This document shows positions 1-11,189 of a DNA stretch of 64,000 bases, one piece after another; position 1 is the stretch's first letter, and each line of letters begins with the position of its first letter. The notes beneath the pieces were generated by a model that had not been told where the DNA came from, made no database searches, and saw only the letters and a program-made list of their open reading frames with translations. The translations under genes were made by a program, and so were the position numbers. The DNA comes from Selaginella moellendorffii (lineage: Eukaryota > Plantae > Lycopodiophyta): contig NW_003314279.1 of the NCBI RefSeq assembly GCF_000143415.4, positions 1,997,679 through 2,061,678 on the forward strand, given 5' to 3'.

Positions 1-77
1 TTTTGTGTTATAATATTGTGAAATATAAAAAATAAATTAAAAAACTGATAGAAATATTAATAAATATTAATTAAGTA

Positions 78-470
78 CTAGGAAATGGCATGTGGACACA
101 TGCTAATTAATGTCCCACTTTACTGAATAAGTTCCACTTTAACGAAATAAAGCATTTTTTATATATTTCGCAAACATGCAAGATTTTTTACCATGTTGTC
201 TACACTAGATATCTCTTGGGAGGTGTACCTCCCTCCAAAATACTTCAGAATTTAATAGTGTAAATACAATAAATAAAAATATATTAAAACTTAAACATGA
301 TAATTTAAATATTTTAAACTAAAATTTAGAAATAATATAGTAAATTTTTATTAAATCATTTATTTCATCTTCTCTTCTAATAAAAAGTATGCTTTAAATT
401 TTTATAAATGCTTAGATAATAATTAGTATTTATACATTATTTCTAAATTTTAAATCAGGTGGCAAATAGA
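78..470 (-). mobile_element. Possible non-autonomous Helitron (3' terminus well formed, 5' end tentative)
   Basis: The minus strand reads hairpin GCATGTG-TC-CACATGC (88-103), 6 nt, then CTAG (78-81) followed by T. A candidate A|TCTA 5' end lies at 470. The body is AT-rich. Confidence 0.4.
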
Positions 471-504
471 TCATTTTAAAGTTTTGATCAAATTTTCATC
501 CACT

Positions 505-1992
505 CTAGAAGGGAGTGGCATCGTAGAGAGGAAATGCCAGGTTGAGGATCTTCCTCAGCTCCTCCTTGGACACTTTAGCCTTGAGCGATCCAGCGGAGCT
601 CCCCTCCACGATTGATCCGGGCGAGCCCAGCACGCTCCTACACATGCGCTGGAGCTTGCTCCCCTGCATCTTGAAGCTCATCCCAAGCTCCTCGGACTCG
701 GCTGCCGACCTCGTCTTTTTGAGCACCAGCGCCACCACTGGCTCGTGGCGCTGCTGCTGCCGCTCCTCCGCCGCCTCTTCTCCGCCTCCCATCCCTTCTG
801 CCACTCCCTCCTCCTCCTCGCCCGCCACCTCCTGGTTGCACGAGTGTGAGTTCTCCACCCATTCTCCCCTCAGGAGCCCCCTCGTCCTCTTGGGATTGCG
901 CTCGAGGACGTCGTAGTCGTGGACGTCTCCTCCGTTAGCTACTCCGCCGAGTTCTTCGATCTCGATCTCCAGCGCGTCTGGTTCTTTCTTTGGCGGGAGC
1001 AACACTATGTTGGCGGCGTTGGCGCGATCACTGGATTTGACCAGCTTGCGGCGCTTGAATATCTCGACGCGGAACGTGATCATCTCGGAGGAGTTCTCCT
1101 TTTGGAAGACGAGGACGTCTCCCTTGACGAGTTCGTGATGGACGCAGAAGGCTTTCCACCCGGCACCAATCACTGGCTGCACCGTCCAGTTCCATCTCAT
1201 CCTCCATTGGTGACCACTCCGGTCGCGGACGATCACCTCGGCTCTCCCGTGCGGCATCATCTTCTTGCAGTAGTTCGAAGGAAGAGTCTGCAGAAAAAAA
1301 ATAAAGAAGAAAAGAAAAACGATTAGCAAGTTCTTTGTGAAGATATCGAAGGGAAAAAAGACAAGGATAGCGAAACATAAACCTCGAGCTTGTTCTTCGC
1401 TTACCATAACGTATGTGCCGCTCACACAGCACTGGTTCAAGACTTTAATGGTGCTGCGACTCTTCTTTGCAAGATGTTGCTGGTACTCCTGCGCGGCTTG
1501 GAGCGCTTCGTGCGAACCTGGCAGCTCCTCGCGATTCCGCCGCTGCCGCTGCTGATTGGAGGGGATGTAACTCGACAGAGGACTGTCTTCCTCGTAAGAA
1601 CCTGCGAAGATACGCTCGAACAAATATAAGAAACGAAGTGATGAGAGAAAAAGAGCGAGAAGGAAAGCTCTGACCAGATGGATAAGCTTCGCCGCCGCTC
1701 GACTCCATAGCTGCGCTCTCGCTCTTCTTCTTGCTTGCTGAAGGAAAAACCTCGCTGAGAGAGCGTCCGGTCTACTAGTACGTCCTAATGATGAATGATC
1801 CTGCGCCGTCGGATTTGCTCCATCCGACGGCCAGCATTCACGTACGAAAATGCTCGTATCTTTCCAGTAGCCGTCGCTTTCCGTTTCGTGATCTTTGCTC
1901 CATTTTAGAGGCAACCTTGGAGACTTGCTTGGATGGCTTTGCACATGGAAATATACCAAAAAAAAATTAAAAAAATCCATAGTATCAATCAA
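505..1992 (-). CDS. B3 DNA-binding domain protein (REM-like), spliced; start uncertain
   Basis: B3 signature LPSNYCKK...VRDRSGHQWRMRW...IGAGWKAFCVHHELVKGDVLVF...FRVEIF. The ORF reads through T-rich intron-like segments (~1290-1405, ~1610-1670). Confidence 0.8.
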   Translation of the reverse strand: MIDTMDFFNFFLVYFHVQSHPSKSPRLPLKWSKDHETESDGYWKDTSIFVRECWPSDGANPTAQDHSSLGRTSRPDALSARFFLQQARRRARAQLWSRAAAKLIHLVRAFLLALFLSSLRFLYLFERIFAGSYEEDSPLSSYIPSNQQRQRRNREELPGSHEALQAAQEYQQHLAKKSRSTIKVLNQCCVSGTYVMVSEEQARGLCFAILVFFPFDIFTKNLLIVFLFFFIFFLQTLPSNYCKKMMPHGRAEVIVRDRSGHQWRMRWNWTVQPVIGAGWKAFCVHHELVKGDVLVFQKENSSEMITFRVEIFKRRKLVKSSDRANAANIVLLPPKKEPDALEIEIEELGGVANGGDVHDYDVLERNPKRTRGLLRGEWVENSHSCNQEVAGEEEEGVAEGMGGGEEAAEERQQQRHEPVVALVLKKTRSAAESEELGMSFKMQGSKLQRMCRSVLGSPGSIVEGSSAGSLKAKVSKEELRKILNLAFPLYDATPF

Positions 1993-2064
1993 AACTTCAG
2001 CTCTAAAGAGGCGAGATTATCACCTTCCAGGTATCGAGTGTGTTCTTCGTTTCTATAGATGATA

Positions 2065-3180
2065 TTACGCGGATCCAATAACTCGGAGCCATTCGTCATT
2101 CAAAACACCTTCCGCAGTGTTATACGATTTGCCTACGAGAGCTTGAAAGGCCTGAATGGTTAGAAGACGAGGATAATGCTTATGCATCAAGAGTCCCACC
2201 GGGTAGAGGTCCGACCTCGTCGTGTGGGAATTCCCCCATTGCTCGTCCCAGCATTTTCCATCCCTGCTGTGCACACGCCTTCCAGATCAACTTTCTTCGC
2301 TCGTAGTCATACAAGACATTAGCTGGTCGAATGTCGCGATGCACCAAGCCTGCACAGCCACATGAAACTATAAGCTCCCAAAGATAGACGAGCCTCACCA
2401 GCACCATGTAAGGCCTTTAAAGCCTTGCGAATGCCAAGCACCATCTGTCGCAGCTCGTCTTCCGAAACAGGCTCTCGCACGGCAAGAAGAGGAACAGTCA
2501 TAACCATGTATGCTCCAGGAGCGTCGCTCCTGATCGTTCTTCGTTTCTTGGCGGAGGAATCACGGTCAGCAGTCCATGACACCGGATTCAACAGTTGCTC
2601 ACATTCACTCCTGGTCCTGAATTTGGGCCCTTCAACACTGCCAACGAGGTGTTTCCCACATTTGGGAGCCAGCGTGTAGGCCTGGAAGACATCTTCGCAG
2701 TTGACGCCCCACTCGTTGCAGGAATCGTTCCAGTTCCATATCACCTTGAGCACACCGTCATGGGTCAGCATCAGAGAGCTCATATCTCGTTCAATCTGTG
2801 GATTCAGCTCGCACCTGATAGCAATACAACTATCAGCCAAACTTCACATTTTCTCATTACACTCACATCGGTCCGGCTTCGATGGCAGCAAACATTCCAT
2901 GGAGCTTGATACAAGTTGAGGACTAGAGTCAGCGGAGTCAGAAACGGCTGCTCCTGCTTTAAAAAAGAGAGCAAATTGATGGTCGACAAAACGAAACCGA
3001 TCTTATGAGCTACCTGAGGATTGATTTGTACAGTGAAAAACTGGAGATGAGGTCCCAGCACGGCATAGCATACTAGAAACTGCCACTGGTAGAGTTGAGA
3101 CTTTGTCCGTCAACAAGGATTTCACTACCTCAAACTCAACGTCCTCCCTCTCTTCCCCGTACATGACACTCTCATGACAA
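2065..3180 (-). pseudogene. Crinkler-like REase + protein kinase relic (frameshifted)
   Basis: Hand translation across frames gives MYGEERED..KSLLTDK / FLVCYAVLGPHLQFF / VLSTINLL, then kinase pieces MVLGIRKALKALH and LVHRDIRPANVLY...LIW..GKCWD..SDLY. Several frame changes are needed. Confidence 0.65.
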
Positions 3181-3623
3181 TCCAGTTGTCAATACAGATC
3201 AAAGTCAAAATGAGCTTGACTTAGTTCTTGAAGCATGCGATTGGGCTGGTGTTCATTGCAACTAAAACGTGCCAGGTGCTGTGATTTCCGGGCTTCTGAT
3301 CCGGGGAGAAGAGATCACATCGCTCCAGGAGGTCCAGATTGCCTGCTCCACCGCTTCGGTAGTATTCCCCTAGCTCGCTGGGCAATTCAAGGCAGCCACT
3401 TCACAACCGGCAATATGCCAAGAGCTCCGGCGCCTCACTCACGGTAGCGTTGGCGATGCCAATGTGGAGGAATTCGGTCGCCGATAGAGGAGAACGAATC
3501 TTCCCCGTCATCCCCGTCACAAGCCGCTCTAGCAGGGAAATCTTTTATTGACTGGGCATTGACTGGGCCGTTAGCTCGCCTGCTCTGTGTGATCCTCTTC
3601 TTCCTGTGCTCCTTTTTGAGCAG

Positions 3624-5168
3624 CAACAAGGAGAGCCTGGCTATGGCGGGGATATGCGTGGAGGGGCAATTCCTGTGCACGACTAGGCGTGATGGGACTA
3701 CTGTTATAAGTGCCACTACATCAAAGGCAACTGTGAGATTTGCAGCACTGGAGTTTGCCATCACCTGAAATGCAATTGTATCGCCCCTGCAGCTGAATCG
3801 CGTGGTAAAATCCTGTTACTCCAAAGTCTCAATTGTTAAAAGTTTATTATATAAGCGAGAAGAATAGTAATTGGCACACAACAGTTACTTCAATAGTTTG
3901 GTTGTTTTTCACTTGCAAGGGCATTCGATGAGAAACAAAGAAAAGAAGAACATTGAAAAGCCATTCTCCTCAATCACAAAGTTGAGAAGAGGACGTAGAA
4001 ATTCTACATTTCATAATCTCTGTCCCATATCTTAGCAATTGAGTATTGATGTTCTTGATCAAGCCCCCCAAGGTCACTGGAGCACTTCTACACATTTTCT
4101 TTGCACCAATAATACGGCATATCTTGGCAACTAACAACGCAGCATCATTTCCTTCGCTCGTAACATAGCTCTAGCTAGGGCTTATTAGCTAAAGGAAGAC
4201 TCACGGCCATACTGAGATGGAACGCCACTAAAGCTCAAACACTAGCACTGGAAAGATCTCTTCATTGCCAGGTATATGAAGTACAAACAACAAAGGTTTT
4301 TTGCTCCTAGTTTCAGTAATGCTTGTGATACAAGATTGTTTTCGATCATCCCCCAAGGGGATGATTCGACGATCAGTGGCGAGCTCTCTTGCTCGGCGGC
4401 CCGGCTTGTTGTTGCTGAAGCGCCAGTTGCCTTGTGAAGTAGTTCACCTCCTTAGCCAGTCGCTTCCTGTTCGCTTCCTCCTCTTGCTGGAGCGCCACGG
4501 CCACCATCCGCGTGATCCGGTCGGCACGGGGAGGATCCAACGCCACCTCGTCCTCCATGTAATGGCAGTCCGGACTGAGCGCCCTCTTGTTGTTGGTCTC
4601 GGCCCAGTGATCATAGTCCGCGAAGTCGAAGCTATCGTATTGTTTCACCCGGATGCTCCTATTGTTACCAGCCTCGATCGCCAAGTCGTCAATCATGCGC
4701 TTGAGCTCAACATACCGCTCAACGTCCACCGCCACCATCTTCGATCTGCTCCGCTCGTGAGAAGTTCTTCTGGACTCCTTTTTACAATCACTAACCCTAT
4801 GTTTTTCGCCAAATTATTCTTTCATCATCTTTAAGATAAAAAAAAGGTTTTAACAGGCTTACTGAAATATTTTAAATTTGTTTTATGGAGCAGCGATCTC
4901 CGCCGATTTGAAGAGCTAGGAGCGAGGAGCCAGAAATTCGTGGATTCAACCAGAGTTTCGAAGACTTGTTTGGCCCCTGAATTTTTTCCCATCTTTCACT
5001 GAGCATCAACTGTCTGCTTCCAGGATTTAATCTCCTCGCCATCATCACGCGTCCAATCCCGTCCTCTCAGTCCAGCAAGAGTTTCTTCCACCAGCTGGGA
5101 CGCTTTGCATGTATAGCCCCTGGTAATTAATCCGCTGGAGAAAGCTCCCACGAAAATTCGCCTTGCAT
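3624..5168 (-). repeat. Left arm of long inverted repeat (partner ~7720-9619)
   Basis: Reverse-complement matches seen by eye: 3641-3680 vs 9565-9604, 4160-4200 vs 8773-8810, 4373-4738 vs 8206-8570, 5100-5168 vs 7720-7790. Confidence 0.9.
4373..4738 (-). CDS. Orphan 121-aa ORF, copy 1 (MVAVDVERY...PPSKRARH)
   Basis: Open frame nearly identical to copies at 8206-8570 and 13669-14034, with an NLS-like C-terminus. It may be a terminal exon. Confidence 0.45.
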   Translation of the reverse strand: MVAVDVERYVELKRMIDDLAIEAGNNRSIRVKQYDSFDFADYDHWAETNNKRALSPDCHYMEDEVALDPPRADRITRMVAVALQQEEEANRKRLAKEVNYFTRQLALQQQQAGPPSKRARH

Positions 5169-5345
5169 GTGCGCGAAGATGCTGCTGCGGGGTTAAAAGG
5201 AGACTGCATAAACATGCACACACTTGTCAATTACAGAATCATGCAAGGAGAGTAGGGGAGAAAAACAAGAACAGGACACACACACCGAAACAAGAAACAC
5301 CAGGGGAAAAAAAAAAGGTGGCAGCCACACCTGCAATGATGTCCT

Positions 5346-6852
5346 CTAGATATGTAATTGTACATGGCACCCTCGATCTCGTGCAGGGCGCTTCATCCGC
5401 ATGGGAGGCAGGACAATGGGCATCAGATCAAGCCTTTTCCACGAATGCCTGCCAGTCTTCGTAACCTTTGGCTGACCGTCTTCAATCACGTAGTCCCTCA
5501 GCAGCTGTAGTTGCGACAGCGTTGTGCGGGCAGACATGAACGAAGACTGGTGTGGTACAGGGTGCGCCATCTATAACCACGGAGTTGGGGCTTTCGGGCA
5601 TGGCCTCCTGGCGTACAACAAAATCTTTGTGCCCATATGAAGCATTTCAAGGAAAGATGTGTAATTCAATAGTGAGAAGGAAAAGAAAAGACAAGTCCTA
5701 AGCAAGAGAAAAATTGCTCCAACACAGCAGCCACGGGCATTTGCAGCAGAAGGCCCAGCTCTGGAATGTAGGAGTCCACAATGTCAAGCCTCCGCCTCAC
5801 GAGCCTCAAGTTGGGCCTGAAGGTGACGAAGGACATATGGTTGTTCACACCAGTGAATGTCCGATCACTTGTTGAGAGGAGGCGTAGTCCTCAAAGATCT
5901 CCCTACGCACAGAAGAAAAGTCAATCTGGGCGAGATTGGCCAGGGAAGCATCCATCTTCCCGGATGGGAAGACCTTGCTTGTAAACATAGTGCGGATGTA
6001 CCTGGAAGCAAAAGCTATCGTCTCAATCTGTCGGAGCGAGCATTTTGGACGGCTGTAGAAAACTTTGTCCGCCAGCTCCTCACGCCCCGTCACCAGGAAG
6101 CTCGACACTGCTCTTTGCTGTCTATCCGTCACAGTGCCCAAATCCTGGAAAAAATGCGGAGCTATGCCACCACAGACGTAAAGCCGTGCCAGGAAATGTG
6201 CTGCCGCTGAGAAATCTCCGGCCGTAAGTGCTCCTGAAACTCCCCGCCTGGTGCTTCCTCTTGAACGCTTTCAACAGCTCCGAAGGCTTCCAGGCATCCA
6301 TATGGAAAGTCACAAACCGGCCTCGTCCATTGTCGCCTCAGCGGCATCAGCACCATTCATCCGGGATGGACTTGTAAAGAGGACCGTCCTTCCTCGCGTG
6401 GCTCTATATCCTTGAAAGCTATCGTCCACAAGGAGCCACGTCCCTGCTAAGCTCAACAGGTCTGTCGGAACTTTATACGAGAACCGGACCTCTCCGCCCG
6501 GCGAGATGATGATGAAGACCCTGGCGTCCGCAAACAGTTGCACTAAAACGTATGCTCCAGCTAGTTTCGCGTCGCTGAGGAGCTCGCGAACGAAGTACCA
6601 GATGCAGCACGACTTTCCTATCCCCGGATTACCGGAGATGTGCGCGAAGATGCTGCGGGCGTGTCTCAGCTGACGATAGATCTTCGCGTAAGACTTGCGA
6701 ACGAGGATGTCGGTAGGGTTGGCTGTGAGCTCGGCTATGACGGCAGGGAGCCTCAGAAATGCTTCCGCATCCCGACCCCTGCATAGGTGCGAACTGGTGT
6801 CCGGGGGGAAAATCTTGTCCTTGGCAAAAGGGAGAGCAGAGGGAACATACAC
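5346..6852 (-). pseudogene. Crinkler/RHS-like P-loop NTPase + PD-(D/E)xK REase relic (frameshifted)
   Basis: Motifs in order: ILVRKSY, Walker A ISGNPGIGKS, Walker B WLLVDD, VLFTSP, FHMDAWKPSEL, CGGIA, FASRY, EIFE, and nuclease-like DIVDSYIPELGLLLQM. They are spread over at least three reading frames. Confidence 0.75.
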
Positions 6853-6994
6853 ACAACGAAAACAAAAAGACTGTATTGAAATTCCTGAGATACATCTCCA
6901 CTCCAGGAGCTAGGACAAAGTCAGGGCAGCACTGGCGCTTCAGCCACTTTCGGATGGCAATCTCATGCGGCACATTAATTAACAACCGTGAGCA

Positions 6995-7141
6995 TGAACT
7001 TCTCACGAGCAGAGCAGATCGAAGATGGTGGCGGTGGACGTTGAGCGGTATGTTTCGACGACTTGGCGATCGAGGCTGGTAACAATAGGAGCATCCGGGT
7101 AAAACATTACGATAGTTTCGACTTTGTGGACTATAATCACT
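6995..7141 (+). repeat. Truncated copy of the 121-aa ORF 5' part
   Basis: gaacttctcacgagcagagcagatcgaagatggtggcggtggacgttgagcggtatgt...gactataatcact matches 13641-13801 with a deletion. Confidence 0.85.
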
Positions 7142-7194
7142 GTTTTGATCCGCAAAGTCGATCTGAGGATGGGATTGACCACTGTTTTGATTCT

Positions 7195-8056
7195 CTGCTC
7201 ACACTTCCTCGACCAATTCTACCCTGGAAAACAGTTTGAGCGATGGAAAAAAAAGCGAGGCCTGGAAAACACTTACGCTTCGTCGTGAAGATGCTGCGTT
7301 AGTATCTCATCGGAAAGGGAGGAGCGATTCCAATCCTGACCTCGAACATCAAACGCTTCTCTTTGTCCTCCAGTGGAGGAACCATTCTTTTGGTCACGTG
7401 AGAATCCGTGACGTCGATGCCTTGGCCAGGAATGCTACGAGCTCGACATATCTACACAGGACTAAAAGCAAAGCTGTGAGTGACAAAACCATCACCTCGA
7501 CTGGAAAACTAAATTTGAAGGAAGAAAACCAGCTTACTGTCGATCTTGCAAATTCCCTCTTGATCTTGTTTCCTGGTGCCACTTAAGAAACTCTTGAAAC
7601 AAATCTGAGAATGGCCTCATTGCGTAACTAGCCTTCCCAGAGCTATCCAGCTCCAACCCAAGAAATTCTTCTTTCTTGCGGAGTGCTGGACCTCATCAAC
7701 TTCTCCCTGATTTCGAGGAATGCGAGGCCAATTTTTTTAGGAGCTTTCTCCAGCGGATTTTTTACCAGGGGCTATACATGCAAAGCGTCCCAGGAGCGAA
7801 AGCTGATGGAAGAAACTCTTGCTGGACGACTTGGACTGGTGGGCAGAGAACGAGATTGGACACATGATGCTCGACGGACGGCGAGGAGATTAAATCCTGG
7901 AAGCAGAGAGTTGACGCCATCAACGAGCTCAGTGAAAGCTGGGAAAAATCAAGGGACAGAAGCGAGTGAAATTCCGCTTCCAATTGCTTCGAAACTCTGG
8001 TTGAATCCACGAATTTCTGGCTCCTCGCTCCCGAGCTCTTCAAACCAGTGGAGAGC
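7195..8056. pseudogene. Rearranged CemA-like (DLDG1) gene fragments with an internal inversion
   Basis: 7195-7680 matches 14750-15380 in the same orientation, 7720-7950 matches ~15450-15800 inverted, and 7970-8056 matches 15870-15957. Confidence 0.8.
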
Positions 8057-9619
8057 ATAAAACAAATTTTAAAATATTTCAGTAAGTTGCTGAAAATCTT
8101 TATCTTAAAGATGTGTGAAACAATATTTGGCGTTTGTTTTGTATAGGGTTTGTGATTGTAAAAGGGAGACTAGAAGAACTTCTCGCGAGCAGAGCAGATC
8201 GGAGATGGTGGCGGTGGACGTTGAGCGGTATGTTCAGCTCAAGCGCATGATCGACGACTTGGCGATCGAGGCTGGTAACAATAGGAGCATCCGGGTGAAA
8301 CAATACGATAGCTTCGACTTCGCGGACTATGGTCACTGGGCCGAGACCAACAACAAGAGAGCGCTCAGGCCGGACTGCCATTACATGGAGGACGAGGTGG
8401 CGTTGGATCCTCCCCATGCCGACCGGATCACGCGGATGGTGGCCGTGGCGCTCCAGCAAGAGGAGGAAGAGAACAGGAGGCAACTGGTTAAGGAGGTGAA
8501 CCACTTCACAAGGCAACTGGCGCTTCAGCAACAACAAGCCGGGCCACCGAGCAAGAGAGCTCGCCACTGATCGTCGAATCATCCCCTTGGGGGATGATCG
8601 AAAACAATCTTGTATCACAAGCTCTAACAAACTTGTGAACAAAGCAAGCTCCTGCCAAGGATCAAAAACTTTTGTTATTTGTACTTCATATACCTGGCAA
8701 TGAAGAGATCTTTCCAGTTCTATGAGCTTTAATGGCGTTCCATCTCGCGGAATATGGCCGTGAGTCATTTGGGTCTTCCTTTAGCTAATAAGCCCTAGCT
8801 AGAGCTACATTACGAGAGAAGGAAACGTTGCTGTGCCGTATTATTGGTGCAAAGAAAATGTGTACAAGTGCTCCAGTGACCTTGGAGGGCCTGATCAAGA
8901 ACATCAATACTCAATTGCTAGATATGGAAGAGAGATTAGGATCAGTTAGGAATCTGGAAGAGGATAAATAACGTGGATGACAGGTTAAGAGCGGTGCTAC
9001 CAGATGAGACGGGAAATTGATCGCAAGTAATGGCAAAGTCTATACTGATGAATTCAACCTCTAAAAAAGGTAAGGAAAAAACGTTTGTTTTGTTTTTTTT
9101 TAAAGACAATGCGCCTACTCCCTCTTCTCAACTTTGTGATTGAGAAGAATGGCTTTTCAATGTTCTTCTTTTCTTCTTTTCCTTGTTTATCATCGAATGC
9201 TTGTGTTCTCGCTCCCGCTTCATCACTGCCCTTGCAAGTGAAAAACAACCAAACTACTGAAGTAACTGTTGTGTGCATCATGTTTTCTTCGAATCGAAGT
9301 ACTATTTTTACGCTCTCTCTGGTTCTACTTGCGAGAACAAACATGAATTTAGAGACGAGTCGTTTAAAATGAGTTCTTTGGAAGTGTGCTTATAAACTTT
9401 TAAGAACAGATTAAGGGAATGGAGACTTTGGAGTAACAGGATTTTACCATGGGATTCAGCTGCAGGGTTTACTTGAGGTGATGGCAAACTCCAGTGTTGC
9501 AAATCTGACACTTACTGCCTTTGGCACTTCTGGCAGTAGTCCTGGCACACCTGGTCGCTTGGAGGTGCACAGGAAGTGCCCCTCCACACATATCCCCGCC
9601 ATAGCCATGCTCCTTGTTG
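7720..9619 (+). repeat. Right arm of long inverted repeat (partner 3624-5168), with insertions
   Basis: See left arm. Extra sequence at ~8940-9110 and ~9280-9380. Confidence 0.9.
8206..8570 (+). CDS. Orphan 121-aa ORF, copy 2
   Basis: Frame intact; the provided ORF 8115-8570 contains it. Confidence 0.45.
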
Positions 9620-9789
9620 ACCACTCCAGGTTGACGAGCAAGTCCATGAGGTGAGCTTGGCCATTTTGGAGAATATATATTCCATTTCCCACTGAGGCTG
9701 TGGGTGGTAATGTCTTTCACAGGGTTAGTAGCCTCACGAACTGTCGTTGATTTCTTCGAACATGGCATGGTTGAGATGCTCTAAGACGA

Positions 9790-10650
9790 AATGGAAACAT
9801 CGCTTCTTTTCGTCCAAGAGGAGAAACGAAGAACGAACAATATGGAACGTACCTGAGGAAAATGTCTGAGAAAAGAACGATCCTTTCCAATGTCTGAAAG
9901 ATTGGAATACTTGAGTAACTCATAAGCTCCACCTGTTGAAGTTAGAAGTTAAAACACAACAGCCAAGAGTGGCAATTCCATTTACTTACTTGGACTGGAC
10001 TGAGTATGATCAGCACCATCAACGCTACTCCTGCCACCAAATCAGACCAGACGCTTGCAAAGTTGCTTCGATTCTCTGCTCTGACTTCCTCGACCAATTC
10101 TAGCCTGTAAAAACAACTTGAGCGAAGAACAAAGAAGCAAAGCCTGGAAACCAAACACTTACGCTTCATCGTGAAGATGCTGCGTTAGTTTCTCGTCGGA
10201 AATGGGAGGAGCGATTCCAATCCTGACCTCGAACATCAAACGCTTCTCTTCGTCATCCAGTGGAGGAACCATTCCTTTGGTCACTTGAGAATCCGTGACG
10301 TTGAATGCCCTGGCCAGGAATGGTTCGAGCTCGACATATCGACACAGGACTAAAAGCAAAACTGTGAGTGACATAACCACAAGGAGCACAGAAGCTACTC
10401 TGCATGACAGAAGAGGAGCTTAAGTTCCTTCAGTCGGAGCTGGATAGCTTTGGAAAGGCTAGGAAAGCAACCAGAGATTTACTACCTCTTCAACCAGCAG
10501 ACATCCTGGTCGAGTCGATCAGGAACGACACGCAGTCATGCATGACGAAGTTTTCCCAGGAAACTTCACCTGGAACATAAATTTGAAGGAAAGAAATCAA
10601 CTTACTGTTGATCTTGCTGTGGAACTTGCAAATCCCCTTTTGAATTTGTT
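9790..10650 (-). pseudogene. Second degenerate CemA-like (DLDG1) copy
   Basis: Peptides RYVELEPFLARAFNVTDSQ...FEVRIGIAPPISDEKL and RLELVEEVRAENRSNFASVWSD match 14600-15010. A small inverted piece lies at ~10410-10472. Confidence 0.8.
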
Positions 10651-11189
10651 TTCATGGAGGAAATGCACACTAGAGCACCTCTCACTGCACAGATATATTA
10701 TATACATATATGTTGAACTTCTATTTCAATTATTATTCTTAATTAATAATTATAATTAATTTTTTAGAAATAATTATATATAGTGACTGTTGGGCTGGTT
10801 ATGATTTAGAGTGGTTGAATCAGTTGAATTTCACTCATTATATAGTGAACCACTCTCAGAATTTTGTTGATCCTGTGATTGAAGTTTATACAAATCATAT
10901 TAAATCGATATGGAATGTAATGAAAAAATCACTTCCTCACTATGGTACAACAAAAGTATTATATAAATTTTACTTTCAAAAATATATTTGGTGAAAAATA
11001 TATATTAAAAGAAAGGAAGTTACATTTAATATTTTATGTAGTCATATTAAGCTACATAATCAATGCTGTTATAGTAGAATCAATAGTATATTTTATTTTT
11101 TACTTTTAAATACTTAAAAATAATATACTAGAACAATGTTTAATTTATAGTAATGAGGAAATCAATGGGGCCGTTGCATTTTTATCTCC

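Noticed and set aside
4301-4834. Long antisense ORFs over the 121-aa ORF (also 8100-8768, 13558-14457)
   Set aside because: Lengths and ends differ among copies, and the last one merely reads through a DLDG1 exon. They are shadow frames.
10690-11160. AT-rich island as MITE or Helitron
   Set aside because: I could not find terminal inverted repeats, a TSD or a hairpin-CTRR end.
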